NCBI GenBank assembly: GCA_964016885.1
Contig: OZ024756.1
Span: forward strand, 30,690,001-30,754,000
Source: Eledone cirrhosa
Lineage: Eukaryota
Length of the DNA: 64,000 nt
Direction of reading: 5' to 3'
How positions within the stretch are numbered: the first letter of the stretch is position 1; each line of letters begins with the position of its first letter. Positions 30,800 to 44,835 of the stretch are shown here, piece by piece. A program made the position numbers and the translations under genes. The notes under the pieces were generated by a model. It did not search any database, had not been told where the DNA came from, and saw nothing but the letters and a program-made list of their open reading frames with translations.

Positions 30800-31260
30800 G
30801 TTTCTAATTCAACCAAAAACGCAGAAATTTATAAGCAAAGGGAAAAGCCGACCCTGGGAATTTACTGGTACTTTATTTTATAGACTCCAGAATGATGAAT
30901 GGCAAAGTTAACGTCACCAGGATTTCAACTCAGATAATAATTTTTCTACTGTTGGCAAAAGGCCAGCAATTACCCCAGTGCATTACTGGTGTTTTATTTT
31001 GAAATGAAGTGTTTTGCTCAAGAACACAACACAACATATAATCTAAAAATTTTACCCACAACATTAGGATCGTAAGCCAACAAGCTTGCCATTAGGCCCC
31101 GCTCCTTTATAATGATTTCTACTATAGGCACAAGGCCAGCAAATTAGGGCAGAGGGGAAAAGAATATTAAAACGAACCCAGTACGTTACTGGTGCTTTAT
31201 TTTATCGACCCCGTAAAGATGAAAAGCAAAGTTAACCTCGGCGAGAATTGAACTCAGAAA
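30800..31260 (-). mobile_element. Cluster of SINE fragments (three family 1, one family 2)
   Basis: Repeated TTTCTAC...AAGGCCAGCAA and TACTGGT.CTTTATTTTAT motifs; GAAATGAAGTGTTTTGCTCAAGAACACAAC at 31001. Confidence 0.75.
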
Positions 31261-31379
31261 GATAATATTCCGGCAAAAGAACCAAATGGAGTAGGCCACG
31301 TTTCTTGGATACTCGTTTGACGTAACACATACACAAAATATTTCAAAATGTTTCCAAATATTTCAAAATGTTGTATGTA

Positions 31380-31410
<31 letters not shown>

Positions 31411-31496
31411 ATTTGAAGTAATTCCGTCGGAAAGGTCCAGGAAAAAAGATTGCTCTGTGTAGGCTAGAGAGCTTAATAGTTATGTAAAAAACAATA

Positions 31497-31523
<27 letters not shown>

Positions 31524-31531
<8 letters not shown>

Positions 31532-32090
31532 ATGCTTTGGGAGGGTCATGTTGCCAATAAGAAACATACGCACCAGTTTCATTCACTCCAATTTATCATA
31601 AATTAAATTTATAAATTTAAGAATTTATAAATTTCCGGTTGGTTGGTTGGTTCCATAACCGGACGGTTGCTCATATATTGTCAAAGTTCTTTCGTTACGC
31701 ATTATGTGACCTTTTCAGTGACTGGGGATTCTTTCCTTTGTGTTGTGCCTCTCCTTTGTTCTGTCCTACGCCATCTTGTTTGATGGCGTAGGACAGAACA
31801 AAGGAGAGGCACAACACAAAGAAAAGAATCCCGTCACTGAAGAGGTCACAGAATGTGAGACGAAAGAACTTTGACAATATATAAACAACCGTCCGGTTAT
31901 GGAACCAACCAACCAACCGGAAATTTATAAATTCTTAAATTTATAAATTTAATTTATAGTAAATTGGAGTGAAAGTAACTTGTGCGTTTGTTTCTTATTG
32001 GCAACATGACCCTCCCAAAGCATAACAATATCGGTCTCAACACATTTTTTCAGATAAAGAATCTTGCTAAACAAATTCAGAAACGAAATA
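31524..32090. mobile_element. Family C PLE terminal-repeat fold-back
   Basis: About 250-bp arms 31524-31775 / 31782-32031 with loop TTGTTT; tail 32032-32090; (TA)n on both sides. Confidence 0.85.
31833..31875 (+). ncRNA. Minimal type I hammerhead, family C
   Basis: Stem I GTCA/TGAC; CTGAAGA 31837-31843; stem II TCACA-gaa-TGTGA; GAAA 31862-31865; 2-bp stem III AG/CT; CTT triplet. Confidence 0.7.
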
Positions 32091-32278
32091 TATATATGTA
32101 TATATATATAAACTCGAGTACGGGTATAGATTTATGGTACCCATTTACAGGTGTTGTATTGAAGCAACTAACTTTGTGTCTACTCTGGGATAACATTACC
32201 TATTCAGTACGCTGAGAAGCAAGCGGTACTAGCAGTGAAACTCATTCTAGTCTTGTTAACTTATTATTATTATACAGA

Positions 32279-32448
32279 GCAGTAGATTGGCAGTATCAGT
32301 AGAGGGTCGGACGCCATGCCTTGCGGCACAAAGTTACGTCCCTTCACGGTTTGATTTCAAATCCCTCCGAAGTTAACTTTGCCTTTCATCCTTACGGGGG
32401 TCGATAAAAAAAGTACCAGTAATGCATTGAGATAATTGCTGGCCTTGA
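32279..32448 (+). mobile_element. SINE family 1
   Basis: GATTGGCAGTATCAGTAGAGGGTCGGACGCCATG...GCCTTTCATCCTTACGGGG. Confidence 0.85.
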
Positions 32449-32533
32449 AGTTATTCCGGGTTCAATCGAGGGTAACCACAGTAAGTAAGGTACTCTATAC
32501 TTAGCAGAGTATAAATGTTTTAATATAGAAAGT

Positions 32534-32578
32534 TTCTACAGGACTAGAACTGTTTCATTCGTGAGAAATCATCAGGAA
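32534..32578 (-). ncRNA. Type I hammerhead, family E, within a small fold-back (about 32534-32618)
   Basis: Minus strand: TTC-CTGATGA-tTTCtcacGAAt-GAAA-CAGttctagtcCTG-TA-GAA; GTA triplet. Confidence 0.7.
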
Positions 32579-32636
32579 GCTGATTTCTCACGAATGAAAC
32601 AGTTCTAGTCCTCCAGAAGTGTTATATATATATATA

Positions 32637-32839
32637 TAACGGAGGAAATGTGGTAAGGAACGAGGTGGACCATAACGCACCAAAGTACTCAATACTTGGG
32701 GTAGTAGAGTGGGTAATAGGAACCAGTAAGACCCCGACGGCTGAGCTCAAGCCGTTTCGACGGCTAATTCTGGACTGAATTAGTCCAGAATTAGCCGTCG
32801 AAACGGCTTGAGCTCAGCCGTCGGGGTCTTACTGGTTCC

Positions 32840-32841
<2 letters not shown>
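32637..32841. mobile_element. Family B fold-back
   Basis: Long minus arm with tail, centre CTGGACTgaattAGTCCAG, short plus arm ending GGTTCCTA then (TA)n. Confidence 0.85.
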
Positions 32842-32872
<31 letters not shown>

Positions 32873-34676
32873 ATATATATATATATAAACACAGACACAT
32901 ACACCTACCCACACACATATATCTATATATATGCGCATATCGTAGAATTCTTTTAATGAAGCCTTTGAGAATGTTATAGAACATGAAGGTACATAACACA
33001 CGTAGTGTAAATAATGCTTCAGTATATCTCACCAATTTTATTGTTACATTAACACTACGCCCCCATGACATTAAAGAAAAGAGTTGCAACTTCTTTTCAA
33101 AATATTCACGAAAATTAAACAAACTTCTCCATTATAACAAAAACTAATGAGAGCAGAACATTCTCTTGAGATAGGAGATATCAGATCTGGGGTCATCTTT
33201 TCTAATTGCCAGTTATATCAATGTACGATCTGACCGTCTAGTAGATATGTAGGTTCTATCTAAATAGGTAATGAATTCTTGCCAACAATATCTGTTAATT
33301 CAGTTGTTGCTCAGTCTAGACGATGCTCTATAAAGGCATTTTTATTAGCGTACTGGTCGGCATTACTGTCTTAAATCGTATTTAAGATAATAGCTGCTGT
33401 ATAACTATTGCGTCGGTGTGAGTCACTGCGTAGTTGAATGCCTTCGTAGACATAATACATTAGCCAAATATTCTTCAAATTACTACATATATCACACGGT
33501 CTTAAAGCAAATGGTGTGGAGACCCATTGGGTAACTGGATATACTGTTAGATATTTAGATAAGAATTGATGTATGTCTATCGGGCATACGACATAGAAGG
33601 CGCTTCTGTTGTTGAATGATTTATATATATATATATATATGTATATATATGTAAGTATGTGTGTATATATATATACATACCAAATCTAAAGAAACTGCTT
33701 ACCAAGGCAACATTTACGTCTAATAATGAAGTAATGCAACTTAAGAAATGCGGTGACCCTCGATGCTGAACTTGCTGAGGCTATGCTAGGGCAACGCCCT
33801 TGTTGCTACACATTCTATCTCCAGCCTGTGTTGGAATTGAGGGTATTTGAACCCCAGGATATTATAATATCCGCTTCTTATTCTAGAAGTTTCCATTTCA
33901 AGTATTGGAAAGCTTTGAGGTATTTTCCTCGGCTCTTTGCTGATAAAATAGAGGCCGTGTCCGATCTGTAAAAAGACTTGAGATCTTGTATCTGGATGAA
34001 AAATACTCTCCTCTCTCACACCCACCAGTCCCGGAAGCTTTGATTAAGTCTAAAGAACAAATAAAGAAAATTATGCAGAGTCTAGTGCTTTCAACAAAAT
34101 CGAACGAAACTATAAAGCCAACACAGCTGTATTCGATTTTACAGAAACTCCACTCAGTCAGAGAAAATCATATAATTTGACACTAGTGTATTACTGGTAC
34201 TTTATTTAATCGATCCAGTAACGATGGAAGGCAATGTTAACCTCGGGTATTTATAACGTAACTGTCTACCGATACTTCCAATCTACTGCTCTGATAATTT
34301 TTTTTTTTACCTTTTGTAAGATTTCTCTAGCAATCGATTGCTATGTGAAGCGTTAATTGACCTCCCTAATCTAATCTTGCCGAGTTTACACCCGCAAATA
34401 AGAAGAACTAGGGCCGCCCCTAGGAGCATTGGCTTTGGTGTACTTCATATATATTTCGGTTGCTGAATACAATCAGGGGTCGCTGCTTCTCCTGAAGCTC
34501 AATAGTTCTCTTCTAACTCGAGCGGGAGCGCCTTTCCATTGTCAATTTGCATTGATCATCTACAACGCCACATTGTTCTCAGAACTACTACACCAGTCAT
34601 TAGATGCCTGCAGCTGGAACTACTGCCACCCATTGATTTGGCAGGATCGCAACTCATTTCTACAACTTAGCAAACT

Positions 34677-34780
34677 TGAGCAACGTCAAATAAAGTGTCT
34701 TTCTCAAAGAAACAACACATCACCCGGTCCGAGAACCGAACTCACAACCTTTCGATTGCAAGCTCAATACTCTATTGACC
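34677..34780 (-). mobile_element. SINE family 2
   Basis: GAGCAACGTCAAATAAAGTGTCTTTCTCAA...CCGGTCCGAGAACCGAACTC. Confidence 0.75.
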
Positions 34781-35206
34781 TCATATCAGTCTCTGATTTC
34801 AATCGATTAATATACCGCATAGAATACTGGCAGTGTCATTCATGGTAGAAATCTAAATAAAATATCTCAAAATGTTTACCAAAAGTTGTATAGTGTTCAA
34901 AGAATACAGACAAATGTATCTCTAAAATACTTGAACTATATATTACGCTGTTTGTGAAAATTTGATGTACATTTATAAAGATGGTTAAACTACAGACATA
35001 AGTGAATAGAACCTTTTAAAGGAAATGGCATTAGATTCTAGAAAGTGATATTACTATTGATATTCAAAGTGTGTAAATAACGCCATCTTTTCAGCAATTA
35101 AGTCTATAAGTAATATTCCGTGTACAAAAATCAACAGATGAAATATAAACATATCGTTTAAAATATCCGATGTAGACACCAACGTTCGTTTACAAATAAT
35201 ATTATG

Positions 35207-35247
<41 letters not shown>

Positions 35248-35335
35248 ATAACAACAACGAAACCAATAACACTACTACTACTACTACTACTACCACTACT
35301 AGTGCTGCTGCTGCTATTGTTACTTCTAATAATAA

Positions 35336-35517
35336 TTGTTTCTACTTTTGGCACAAGGCCAGCAATTTCCCAGTACATTATTTGTACTTTATTTTATCGA
35401 CCCCATAAGGATGAAAGGCAAAGTTGACCTCGGTGGGATTTGAACTCAGATCGTAAAGGGACGTAACTCTTTGCGTCAAAGCATGGCGTCCGACCCTCTA
35501 CTAATACTGCCAATCCA
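35336..35517 (-). mobile_element. SINE family 1, near full length
   Basis: Matches 1442-1620. Confidence 0.9.
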
Positions 35518-35630
35518 CATAATGCGTGTATACTACAGAACTTGACATTTGACCTTATTTTTATGAAAATCTCACCAGCTTTAATAGAATGAATAATTAA
35601 TAGGGGACCGTTTTTGCAACCATATATATA

Positions 35631-35694
<64 letters not shown>

Positions 35695-37092
35695 ATGTAT
35701 ATATATATATATGTGTGTGTGTGTGTGAGTGTGTGTGTGTATGTATATATATATATATATATATAGTTTACTTGAAGCATTGTGGATTATGAAAATTGTA
35801 GGTTTTTTAGGCAGCTATTCTAATACAGACAGGTTTGTAAATATTCTGTCAACGAACTCGAATGAATGAACGAAAAGGTAAGGTTGTGTAGAGAAAAGGA
35901 AGAGAAAAGAAAATAATGACAGAAGCAGAGATAAGCCTACCTTATTTCGGATGTAATGTGGCGGATTCGATGGAAACTTCAGAGAATGTCGGAGAGGGCT
36001 TTTCTATAAATCTGTCACACCGAAAACTACCCTCTTCATCATCATCATCATTATTTTCATCATCATTCTCACTATCCTTAACGAAGCAACCCCACGAAAG
36101 TAATGATGATATACACGGGCGATATTAGAAAGATATAGGGTTCGATTCTTTCTAGATGCCTCTGTTCAATCATCGTCTGTTATTGCAATTTTATTTTTAT
36201 TTTGTCGTTTATGACGCTCACTTTTTCTAATTTTCAAATTGCAACAATAATACTAATAGCAACAACAACAACAGCCAGAACAATAATATATATTACGATA
36301 TATACAAATAGTTTCTATTCCAAAATAAACAAAAAACTAAACATATTATATCATTCATTGATATAAAAGTGTCTTAATAGACGTATATATAAATTTAAAC
36401 CGTAATCTAAACTATAAATCATTATTTATTTTAAATTTAATTGGGAAGGAATTATTAAGATAATATATTTATCGATTTTACATATTATATTTTATGTTAT
36501 TGTTCAAATAATTCATATATATATTATTTTATATTTTCTTGTTCCTTTTAGATATATTTTTAATGTCCATTTATATAATTTCGTCGGCGGTAAAGAAGTA
36601 TAAAGAGAATTGGCAGTAACAATGGTTTCTAATCGAGGAACAAGGCCAGCAATTTGGGAGTGAGGGAGAGAAAGTCGACTAAAACATCCCAGTGTTTCAC
36701 TGGTACTCTATTTTATCGAACTGGAGGGATTATATTTATCGATTATTCTTCGCTACACCAAATTCATCCATTGTTTCGCACATAGCCTTGACTGGTGTGT
36801 TAAGGTTTCAAGGTCGTTAAATGTGCAGGAATCTCCAAGATTGGGGCAAACTAGATGTTCCATAGTTTGTAACTGCCCGCATTGGGAACCACTGAAGGAA
36901 CAATCACTTCGTGGTCCCCTTCAGATGAGTTCTATCATTTGCCAACACTTCTCCCATACTACACTACATGCCTACGCTATTATAGTTGAAAAGATAAAAT
37001 GAGAGATTGAGCTCGCCGAAATTTGAACTCAGAACGCAAAGAACCGGAGCAAAAAGCCACGCAAAGAGCCGGACTAATTGGCAATAATAATA

Positions 37093-37273
37093 TGGTTTCT
37101 TATATAGGCACAAGGCCAGCAATTTGGGGGGGAGGAGAAAGTCGCTTAAATCGACCGCAGTACCTGATGGTACTTTTATTTTATCGACCCTGTAAGGATG
37201 AAAGGAAAAGTTAACCTCGCCATGATTTGAACTCAGAGCATGGCGTCGGACCCTCGACCGATACTGCCAATCC
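37093..37273 (-). mobile_element. SINE family 1 (long 3' variant, internal deletion)
   Basis: Core, tail and head motifs present; older fragments at about 36620-36725 and 37330-37480. Confidence 0.8.
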
Positions 37274-37719
37274 GCAAGCCCTCATTTGGAAAACATAATA
37301 TGAACATTTAAACAAAACAAAAAAGACATAATGGTTTCTAAATCCCTCACGTGGCCAAACACGTGGTCGGGGAGGTAACTTTGGTTACTTCGACCCTAAG
37401 ACACGTTTTTAATGTTATTTTGTCGATCCTGGAAGATTGAATGGCAAGTTCTTCTTTGGTGGGATTAACCCCGAAACGTAAGATGTTGGAATATATAATA
37501 CATCACAACTAATTTTGGCCGACGTATTATACCAATCATTGATATAAAAGTGTCTTACTTGACTTATATATTACTGTAATTTACATCGTAATCTAGACTA
37601 TAAATTATAATTTATATCTAACTTGATTGCCGAAGGAATTAAGATATTGCTTTTATCAACTACACACACGCACACGTACACACGCACCCCCCCCCCCCAC
37701 ACACACACACGCGCACGCA

Positions 37720-37787
<68 letters not shown>

Positions 37788-38279
37788 TGTATATATATAT
37801 ATACATAAATATAATAATATATGTAGAAATAAACACATTAAATTGCGAGAGTTGGCTTTCCTCAGCGAGAGATAAGATCAAATGGAACAAACACATGTAA
37901 CTAAAAGCCACACGAATGAATATCTCACCTGGTGCGCTGGACGTTAGAAGTGGTGTGAGTGGATATGCTAAAAAATAATAGCCTTAATACACCCAACGTA
38001 TACGCTCACCTAGTTAGGGAGCCGAAATAGAAATAAAATACAGAGTTACTAACTCATTGATAGCCTACGGATTATCTGTTACCAACACGATTTTCAGGGC
38101 GAAACTGATTAAATCTCTAATATCTCCGAGAGATGAAATAGTTATTGAGACGGTCTGTATATATATTTTATATCTTCCGTTTGGTTCAGGTTAAATTTAT
38201 CAAACCAATGTCGTATTTCAAACCTCGTAATTTTAGACACACAATTTACTGTGTTTATTTCTACATATATTATTACATA

Positions 38280-38373
38280 ATTGTTTCTACTTTTGGCACA
38301 AGGCCAGCAATACCCAGTACATTACTGGTACTTTATTTTATCGACCCCGTAAGGATGAAAGGCAAAGTTAACC
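38280..38373 (-). mobile_element. SINE family 1, 3' fragment
   Basis: Exact core motif. Confidence 0.85.
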
Positions 38374-38462
38374 ATACATTATTATATAATGCTCAGTATT
38401 TATACTTTGAGCTTGTTAATTGCAGGGTATCAGTATGAGTTAGTAACTCTGTATTTTATTTG

Positions 38463-38523
<61 letters not shown>

Positions 38524-38642
38524 ATATATGTTTGTTTGGGTATGTATATGTGAGGGAGAGAGAGAGAGTGTGTGTGTATTTATGTATACATCTATATACA
38601 TAATCATAATGTTGCAATGCTGGAGCACCTCAAGCACACACA

Positions 38643-38784
<142 letters not shown>

Positions 38785-38891
38785 CATATACAATTGTGAT
38801 CGTGTAAAACGGAATCAGAAATAACGAAAAAGACGACGCAGTACATAGAAGAAATATATTTGTTTAACGCTTGAAATAAGAGTAAAAAGAG

Positions 38892-38927
38892 TCTTAAAGT
38901 ATCGGAGACTAATCCTTCGTCAGAAGA
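38892..38927 (-). ncRNA. Degenerate minimal hammerhead, family H
   Basis: Minus strand TCTT-CTGACGA-AGGAttagtcTCC-GATA (for GAAA)-CTTT-AAGA; flank resembles 59575-59620. Confidence 0.5.
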
Positions 38928-39009
38928 TTGAATTAGAAATAGGAGATTACATAGGAAGATAGTGAGTGAGAAGGGGAAGGGACAGAGGCAATAAAAAAAA
39001 ACACACCCA

Positions 39010-39085
<76 letters not shown>

Positions 39086-39182
39086 TCACTGATTCTTCGT
39101 TTTCCATATTACTATACTCTACTCCGAAGGAGCTTAGAGTGCTCAACCGGCATACCGCCTGTGGACGCATCCAACCAACCTT

Positions 39183-39272
<90 letters not shown>

Positions 39273-39283
39273 CTGTCTATATA

Positions 39284-39346
<63 letters not shown>

Positions 39347-39372
39347 TGAATATATATACATATATATATATA

Positions 39373-39409
<37 letters not shown>

Positions 39410-39413
39410 TATA

Positions 39414-39514
<101 letters not shown>

Positions 39515-39529
39515 CTGAATATATATATA

Positions 39530-39574
<45 letters not shown>

Positions 39575-39578
39575 TATA

Positions 39579-39645
<67 letters not shown>

Positions 39646-39679
39646 AAATGTAAATCTGAGCTTTCCTATTAAATGTCGA

Positions 39680-39818
39680 TTACTGGTGCTTTACTTTACC
39701 GACCCCAAAAGGATGAATGGCAAAGCTAACCTCGGCGGGATTTGAACTCACAACAGCCGTAACTCTGTGCTGTACAGTATGGTGTCCGACGCTCTACCCA
39801 TTCTGTCAATCCACCACC
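39680..39818 (-). mobile_element. SINE family 1
   Basis: Core plus tRNA-like head. Confidence 0.8.
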
Positions 39819-40480
39819 CTCGAGGGATACAATAATAAAATGGCTTCATTGTTTCAGTATTAACATATACGCGACTCTATAATAACACAGATTTGTACAC
39901 TAATGGAAGAGGGAAGCTTCTTTAACTGAATACTATGCATCAAATTATTTGCTTTGATATAATCCATGGTAGCAGAGCCTACAGGCAAAGCAATAACTAT
40001 TGTCAAGTATTTGATATATTATAAAAATAAATTAAAAGAAGGCTTCTACTGTCAAAACCCCAATAATATTTACTGAATAATATTCTATCTGACGATAATC
40101 GATATAGCTTGAAATAGCATTACGTAAAAAAGCAAACAAACACCAAGTAAATATGGTGTATGTTTAATAAAAAAAAATGTGATGGAAATATGCAGCGCCG
40201 AAAGACTTAAGGCTACCATGGTTTATAATTTGTTGTGACAAGGAGTGCTAAAGGAAGGAAGAGGATGTGAGAGCGTTGTCATTGATAACCTGATCAAAGT
40301 TAAAACTTATAACATACATACGTACATATACATACATGTGTGTGCACGCACAGACACACACATACATTACTCACACTCATATACATACAAATATATATGT
40401 GTGAATGTCTGTGCACCCATATATATATATATATAAATATATATATATATGTATTTTTATATATATATATTATATATATA

Positions 40481-40576
<96 letters not shown>

Positions 40577-41129
40577 ATGTATGTATGTATGTATATATAT
40601 ATATGTGTATATATGATCTGTGAAGATAAATTCCCATTTGGGAAACTGTTAGAAATATTGATCTATGTTAGTGAAGAGTAAAGGTGACATATATCAAACA
40701 TTGCGAATGTAATGCATTCTCTGATGTTCATTGGGGGAAAACACTTGTTAGTCGAAACTGTGTCACGCCTCTTCTGAGTGGTAGGAACACGAATTGGCGA
40801 ATTGTTGCAATTATATCGGTCGGGTAACACATTAGTTGAAAAACTATTATAGACTAACGTTGAGTGTGTTGTCAAACGAAACTGATCAGCGATAACATTA
40901 TTAACATTATTAAAAATCATCATGATGACTAGTTAGTTTTAACTTGTTTTAAAATGATTAAAAAGGCATGAAGTCTATAGAACAACAAGCAGCTCATGGG
41001 CTTTGATGAACGAACGTGAAGAGCAGTAAGTTTGTGAGTGTGTGAGAGTGTGAATGTGTGTTTGTATGTTTGTGAGGGAGGGAAGTGTGATAATATCACA
41101 TATTGAATTAGCTTCAAAGATAGTGTTGT

Positions 41130-41465
41130 GTCTAGAATTTATGGTGTGCGTTTTAAAAGTTCAGGTAGTTCGGCTTATGATCACATGCCAGGGAGTTCTA
41201 TTACTATTAACGCATTATGTCCTTGAGCAAGGCTCTTTATTCCACGTTGCTTCTGTTCACTCAGCTGGCGAAAATATGTATTTCGAAGGCCCAACCTTCT
41301 CTCAGAATTTCTCACGATGAGTCTCCCTCAGAATTACGTTAAGTGAATACGTTCCTAATCGCCCTTGAGCAAGACACTTTGCTTCTGTTTACTCAGCTGG
41401 TGAAAATGTGTTTTACCCCACCTATGTTTCAAAGGCCCAGCCTTGTCTCAGAACTTCTCACGATG
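41130..41465 (+). mobile_element. SINE family 2 with duplicated 3' part
   Basis: CCTTGAGCAAG...CTGTT.ACTCAGCTGG.GAAAAT...TTTC.AAGGCCCA.CCTT.TCTCAGAA.TTCTCACGATGA present twice. Confidence 0.65.
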
Positions 41466-41714
41466 ACCCCACCTCACTCCCTTAGAAGTATACATCCCTT
41501 ATTATAATCAACGTAGCTCCAGAACACACAACTCTTTTATATCAAACACACAAGCAAATATTGGCCTAATTTAAAATTTCCGATTAGTTTTGATTAAGTT
41601 TGATTTTAAACATTTATAATCAATCGACTTTCGTCAAATCGAACCGAGGAAGCAATGTTTCCGTTGGTCTTCCCAATTCCTAATACTCTCTATCGGTCGC
41701 AACTCCAGGTAGAA

Positions 41715-41835
41715 GGAGCAACGTAAAATAAAGTGTCTTGCTCAAGGACATAACGCATCGCCTGGTCCGAGAATCGAACTCTCAACCCCACGATTGCGAA
41801 TCCAATTCTCTAACCACTCAGACATGCGCCTTCAC
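41715..41835 (-). mobile_element. SINE family 2, best-preserved head
   Basis: Reverse complement GTGAAGGCGCATGTCTGAGTGGTTAGAG...GAGTTCGATTCTCGGACCAGGCGATGCGTTATGTCCTTGAGCAAGACACTTTA. Confidence 0.8.
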
Positions 41836-42078
41836 ATCTTTTAAACATCTTGATACGAAAACACTTTAAGTTATGTTCAAAAATACCCTTGAATAATAAT
41901 AGAGTTAGTTATATTACTATATTAGTCTGAATTCTTGGTTATTTTTCAATCACTCCATTTCATTAAAAATGTAGTAACGAAAGAGATACCGTTAAGTTCG
42001 AGAGGGAAGGAACGTGCCATTAACTGGCAATGTGAGTAGAGGGCAAACACTATACCATTATATTTGCTCTATTTGCAA

Positions 42079-42265
42079 GGGCGGTGGATTTGCAGTATCG
42101 GTAGAGGGTCGGACGCCATGCTTTCCAGCATAGTTACGTCCCTTTACGATCTGAGTTCAAATCCCGCCGAGGTTGATTTTGCCTTTCATCCTTACGGGGT
42201 CGATAAAATAAAGTACCAGTAATGCACTGGTTAATTGCTGGCCTTGTGCCTAAAGTAGAAACAAT
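42079..42265 (+). mobile_element. SINE family 1, full length
   Basis: GGGCGGTGGATT...GAGTTCAAATCCC...AGTAGAAACAAT; flanking ATTATATTT(G/A)CTCTA near-duplication. Confidence 0.9.
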
Positions 42266-42954
42266 TATATTTACTCTACAGAGATCAAGATGGCGACAGC
42301 GTTGCTTTGGATGACGGCAAAAAACATCGATACCTGCGTTTCTTCAGCCATTTCGCCTATCGCACAGGGCTCCTTCCACTGGTATGATAACCTCAACCCG
42401 TTTTAACTAAAACGAAACTGCAGTCCTTTTTTGAATTGTAAAGTAAGTAAGCCGCTTTCAGGCAAATATCATAGGTGTCGAATTTCACAATGTTCCATTA
42501 TGAAGAAATGTTGCACTTAGTAAAAAGAGACCCATCACAGTATATATAATGTAGATGGTTACAACATAAGCATAAAATGACACGTTCGGTTATTAATAAT
42601 GCATACGATACATCGTTCTTCAACAATTCCTATTGATTGGCTACTTCACTGCATATTTCATTAGCTTCATGTTCACCATTTAATACTTTTATATTGCTAT
42701 TAAATATTCTGACACCTTCTAAATAGATGCTTCTTATCATTGTTGTTGGATGTCGTCTGCAAATTCTGTAAAGTCTGTTGTTTATAAATAATGACTCTTC
42801 AAATATAATGCTAAATTCTTACGCATATATGTGTGTATGTATGTATGTATGTATGAAGGAATGTATGTGTATATGTAGGTATGTATGTATTTAGGAATGT
42901 ATGTATATATGTATGTAGGAATATATGTATGTATATATATATATATATATATAA

Positions 42955-43000
<46 letters not shown>

Positions 43001-43051
43001 ATATGTCTATATGTAGGTATGTATGTATGTAGGAATGCATGTATTTATATA

Positions 43052-43085
<34 letters not shown>

Positions 43086-43167
43086 GTGCAAATTGACACG
43101 GGAACAATGTATATATTTATGTATGTATGAATGTAGGCATGTATGTATGTATATATCTGTGTATGTG

Positions 43168-43243
<76 letters not shown>

Positions 43244-43421
43244 CGTGTGTATATTAATGTGTGCATATCTAAGAGACCTAAGATGATAATAACAAAAATC
43301 CAATGCGTTTCTAAGGGTTCTTTGTTTTTACATTCTTGAACACAAATATTATTGTATTGCACTGCGTACAATCAATTATGTATTTATGTTATCTGGGTGT
43401 TACAGGATTAATGATATAGAA

Positions 43422-43459
<38 letters not shown>

Positions 43460-43469
43460 AGTAGGTTTT

Positions 43470-43534
<65 letters not shown>

Positions 43535-43565
43535 TTATTCGTATATATATATATATGTATATATG

Positions 43566-43622
<57 letters not shown>

Positions 43623-43725
43623 GTGTATATATATGTATATAGGGATATATGTGTGTGTGTGTTTATATATATAGGTATATATATGTGTGTACATTTTTGT
43701 GCGTTACATATATACACATATACAT

Positions 43726-43758
<33 letters not shown>

Positions 43759-43809
43759 CACACATATATATATATATGTGTATATACATACACGGACACA
43801 CACGCACAA

Positions 43810-43852
<43 letters not shown>

Positions 43853-43882
43853 TATATATATATATAAATATAAATATATATC

Positions 43883-43914
<32 letters not shown>

Positions 43915-43920
43915 TATTTA

Positions 43921-44051
<131 letters not shown>

Positions 44052-44487
44052 TTATATATATTAAATCGTGCAAAACCATTTTTCTGGTTCGAAAGCTGAT
44101 GACGGAGACGATGTGTATGTGAACTTCTCTTGTACATCATCTTTCTTGATTGCTTTCTTCCAGTCATTTCTACGCTATTCCTTGCCTTGCTCCTTTCTCA
44201 TTCTCTTCTGTAATTCATCTGCCTATCTACCTTATGGATTTACCCTCTGAAGACGCAGGCTGCTGGTCTTTGTATTTTAGGGTTTTACTTATTAATTCAT
44301 TGAAAACCCTTGTACAGCTGAATTTGTTGGATTATCTATGTCCCGAACCTATACATCAACACCACGAACAACAACACTACCATCACCAATACATACACCA
44401 CCGGCAAAAGCACCACCACCATAACCGTGTCACCACCACCGCCATCATCACCACCATCAGCACCATTACCGCTATACCATTCATAAG

Positions 44488-44697
44488 GATTTCTAGTATA
44501 GGCACAAGGCCAGTAATTTGGAAGAGGGGGAAAGTCGATTAAGTCGACACCAGTACGTTGCTTTATTTTATTACTGTTGCTTTATTTTATCGACCACTTA
44601 AGTTAACCTCGGCGTGATTTGAACTAAGGCCGTAAAGGGCCCTAACTCTATGCTGTAAAGCATGTTGTCTGACTCTCTACCGATGCTGCCAATCCAC
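44488..44697 (-). mobile_element. SINE family 1 (long 3' variant)
   Basis: Tail, partial core and head. Confidence 0.8.
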
Positions 44698-44711
44698 AGC
44701 CCTTATACCCG

Positions 44712-44835
44712 AGTCTGTGGGGAGGCCAGCACGTGGGACCCCATTTGCTCACCATACAGAGAGATGGAGGCGATGACAGTGGGAGTTCGGCTCTTCCTCG
44801 TTCGAACCATATCCTTGTGGTTGTGTTTATTATCA
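44712..44835 (-). repeat. Interspersed repeat, inverted copy of 63340-63475; possibly a LINE 5' region
   Basis: GAGGCCAGCACGTGGGACCCCATTTGCTCACCATA.AGAGAGATGG is the reverse complement of 63420-63465. Confidence 0.7.

Noticed and set aside
33753-34180. Possible exons in unique sequence (also 40663-40923, 45038-45223, 45624-45857, 48832-49100, 52000-52350)
   Set aside because: No recognisable protein motif or consistent splice-site pairs; cannot be supported without homology or RNA data
42079-42170. tRNA gene
   Set aside because: The A/B boxes belong to the SINE head; no cloverleaf, and it continues into the SINE core in many copies
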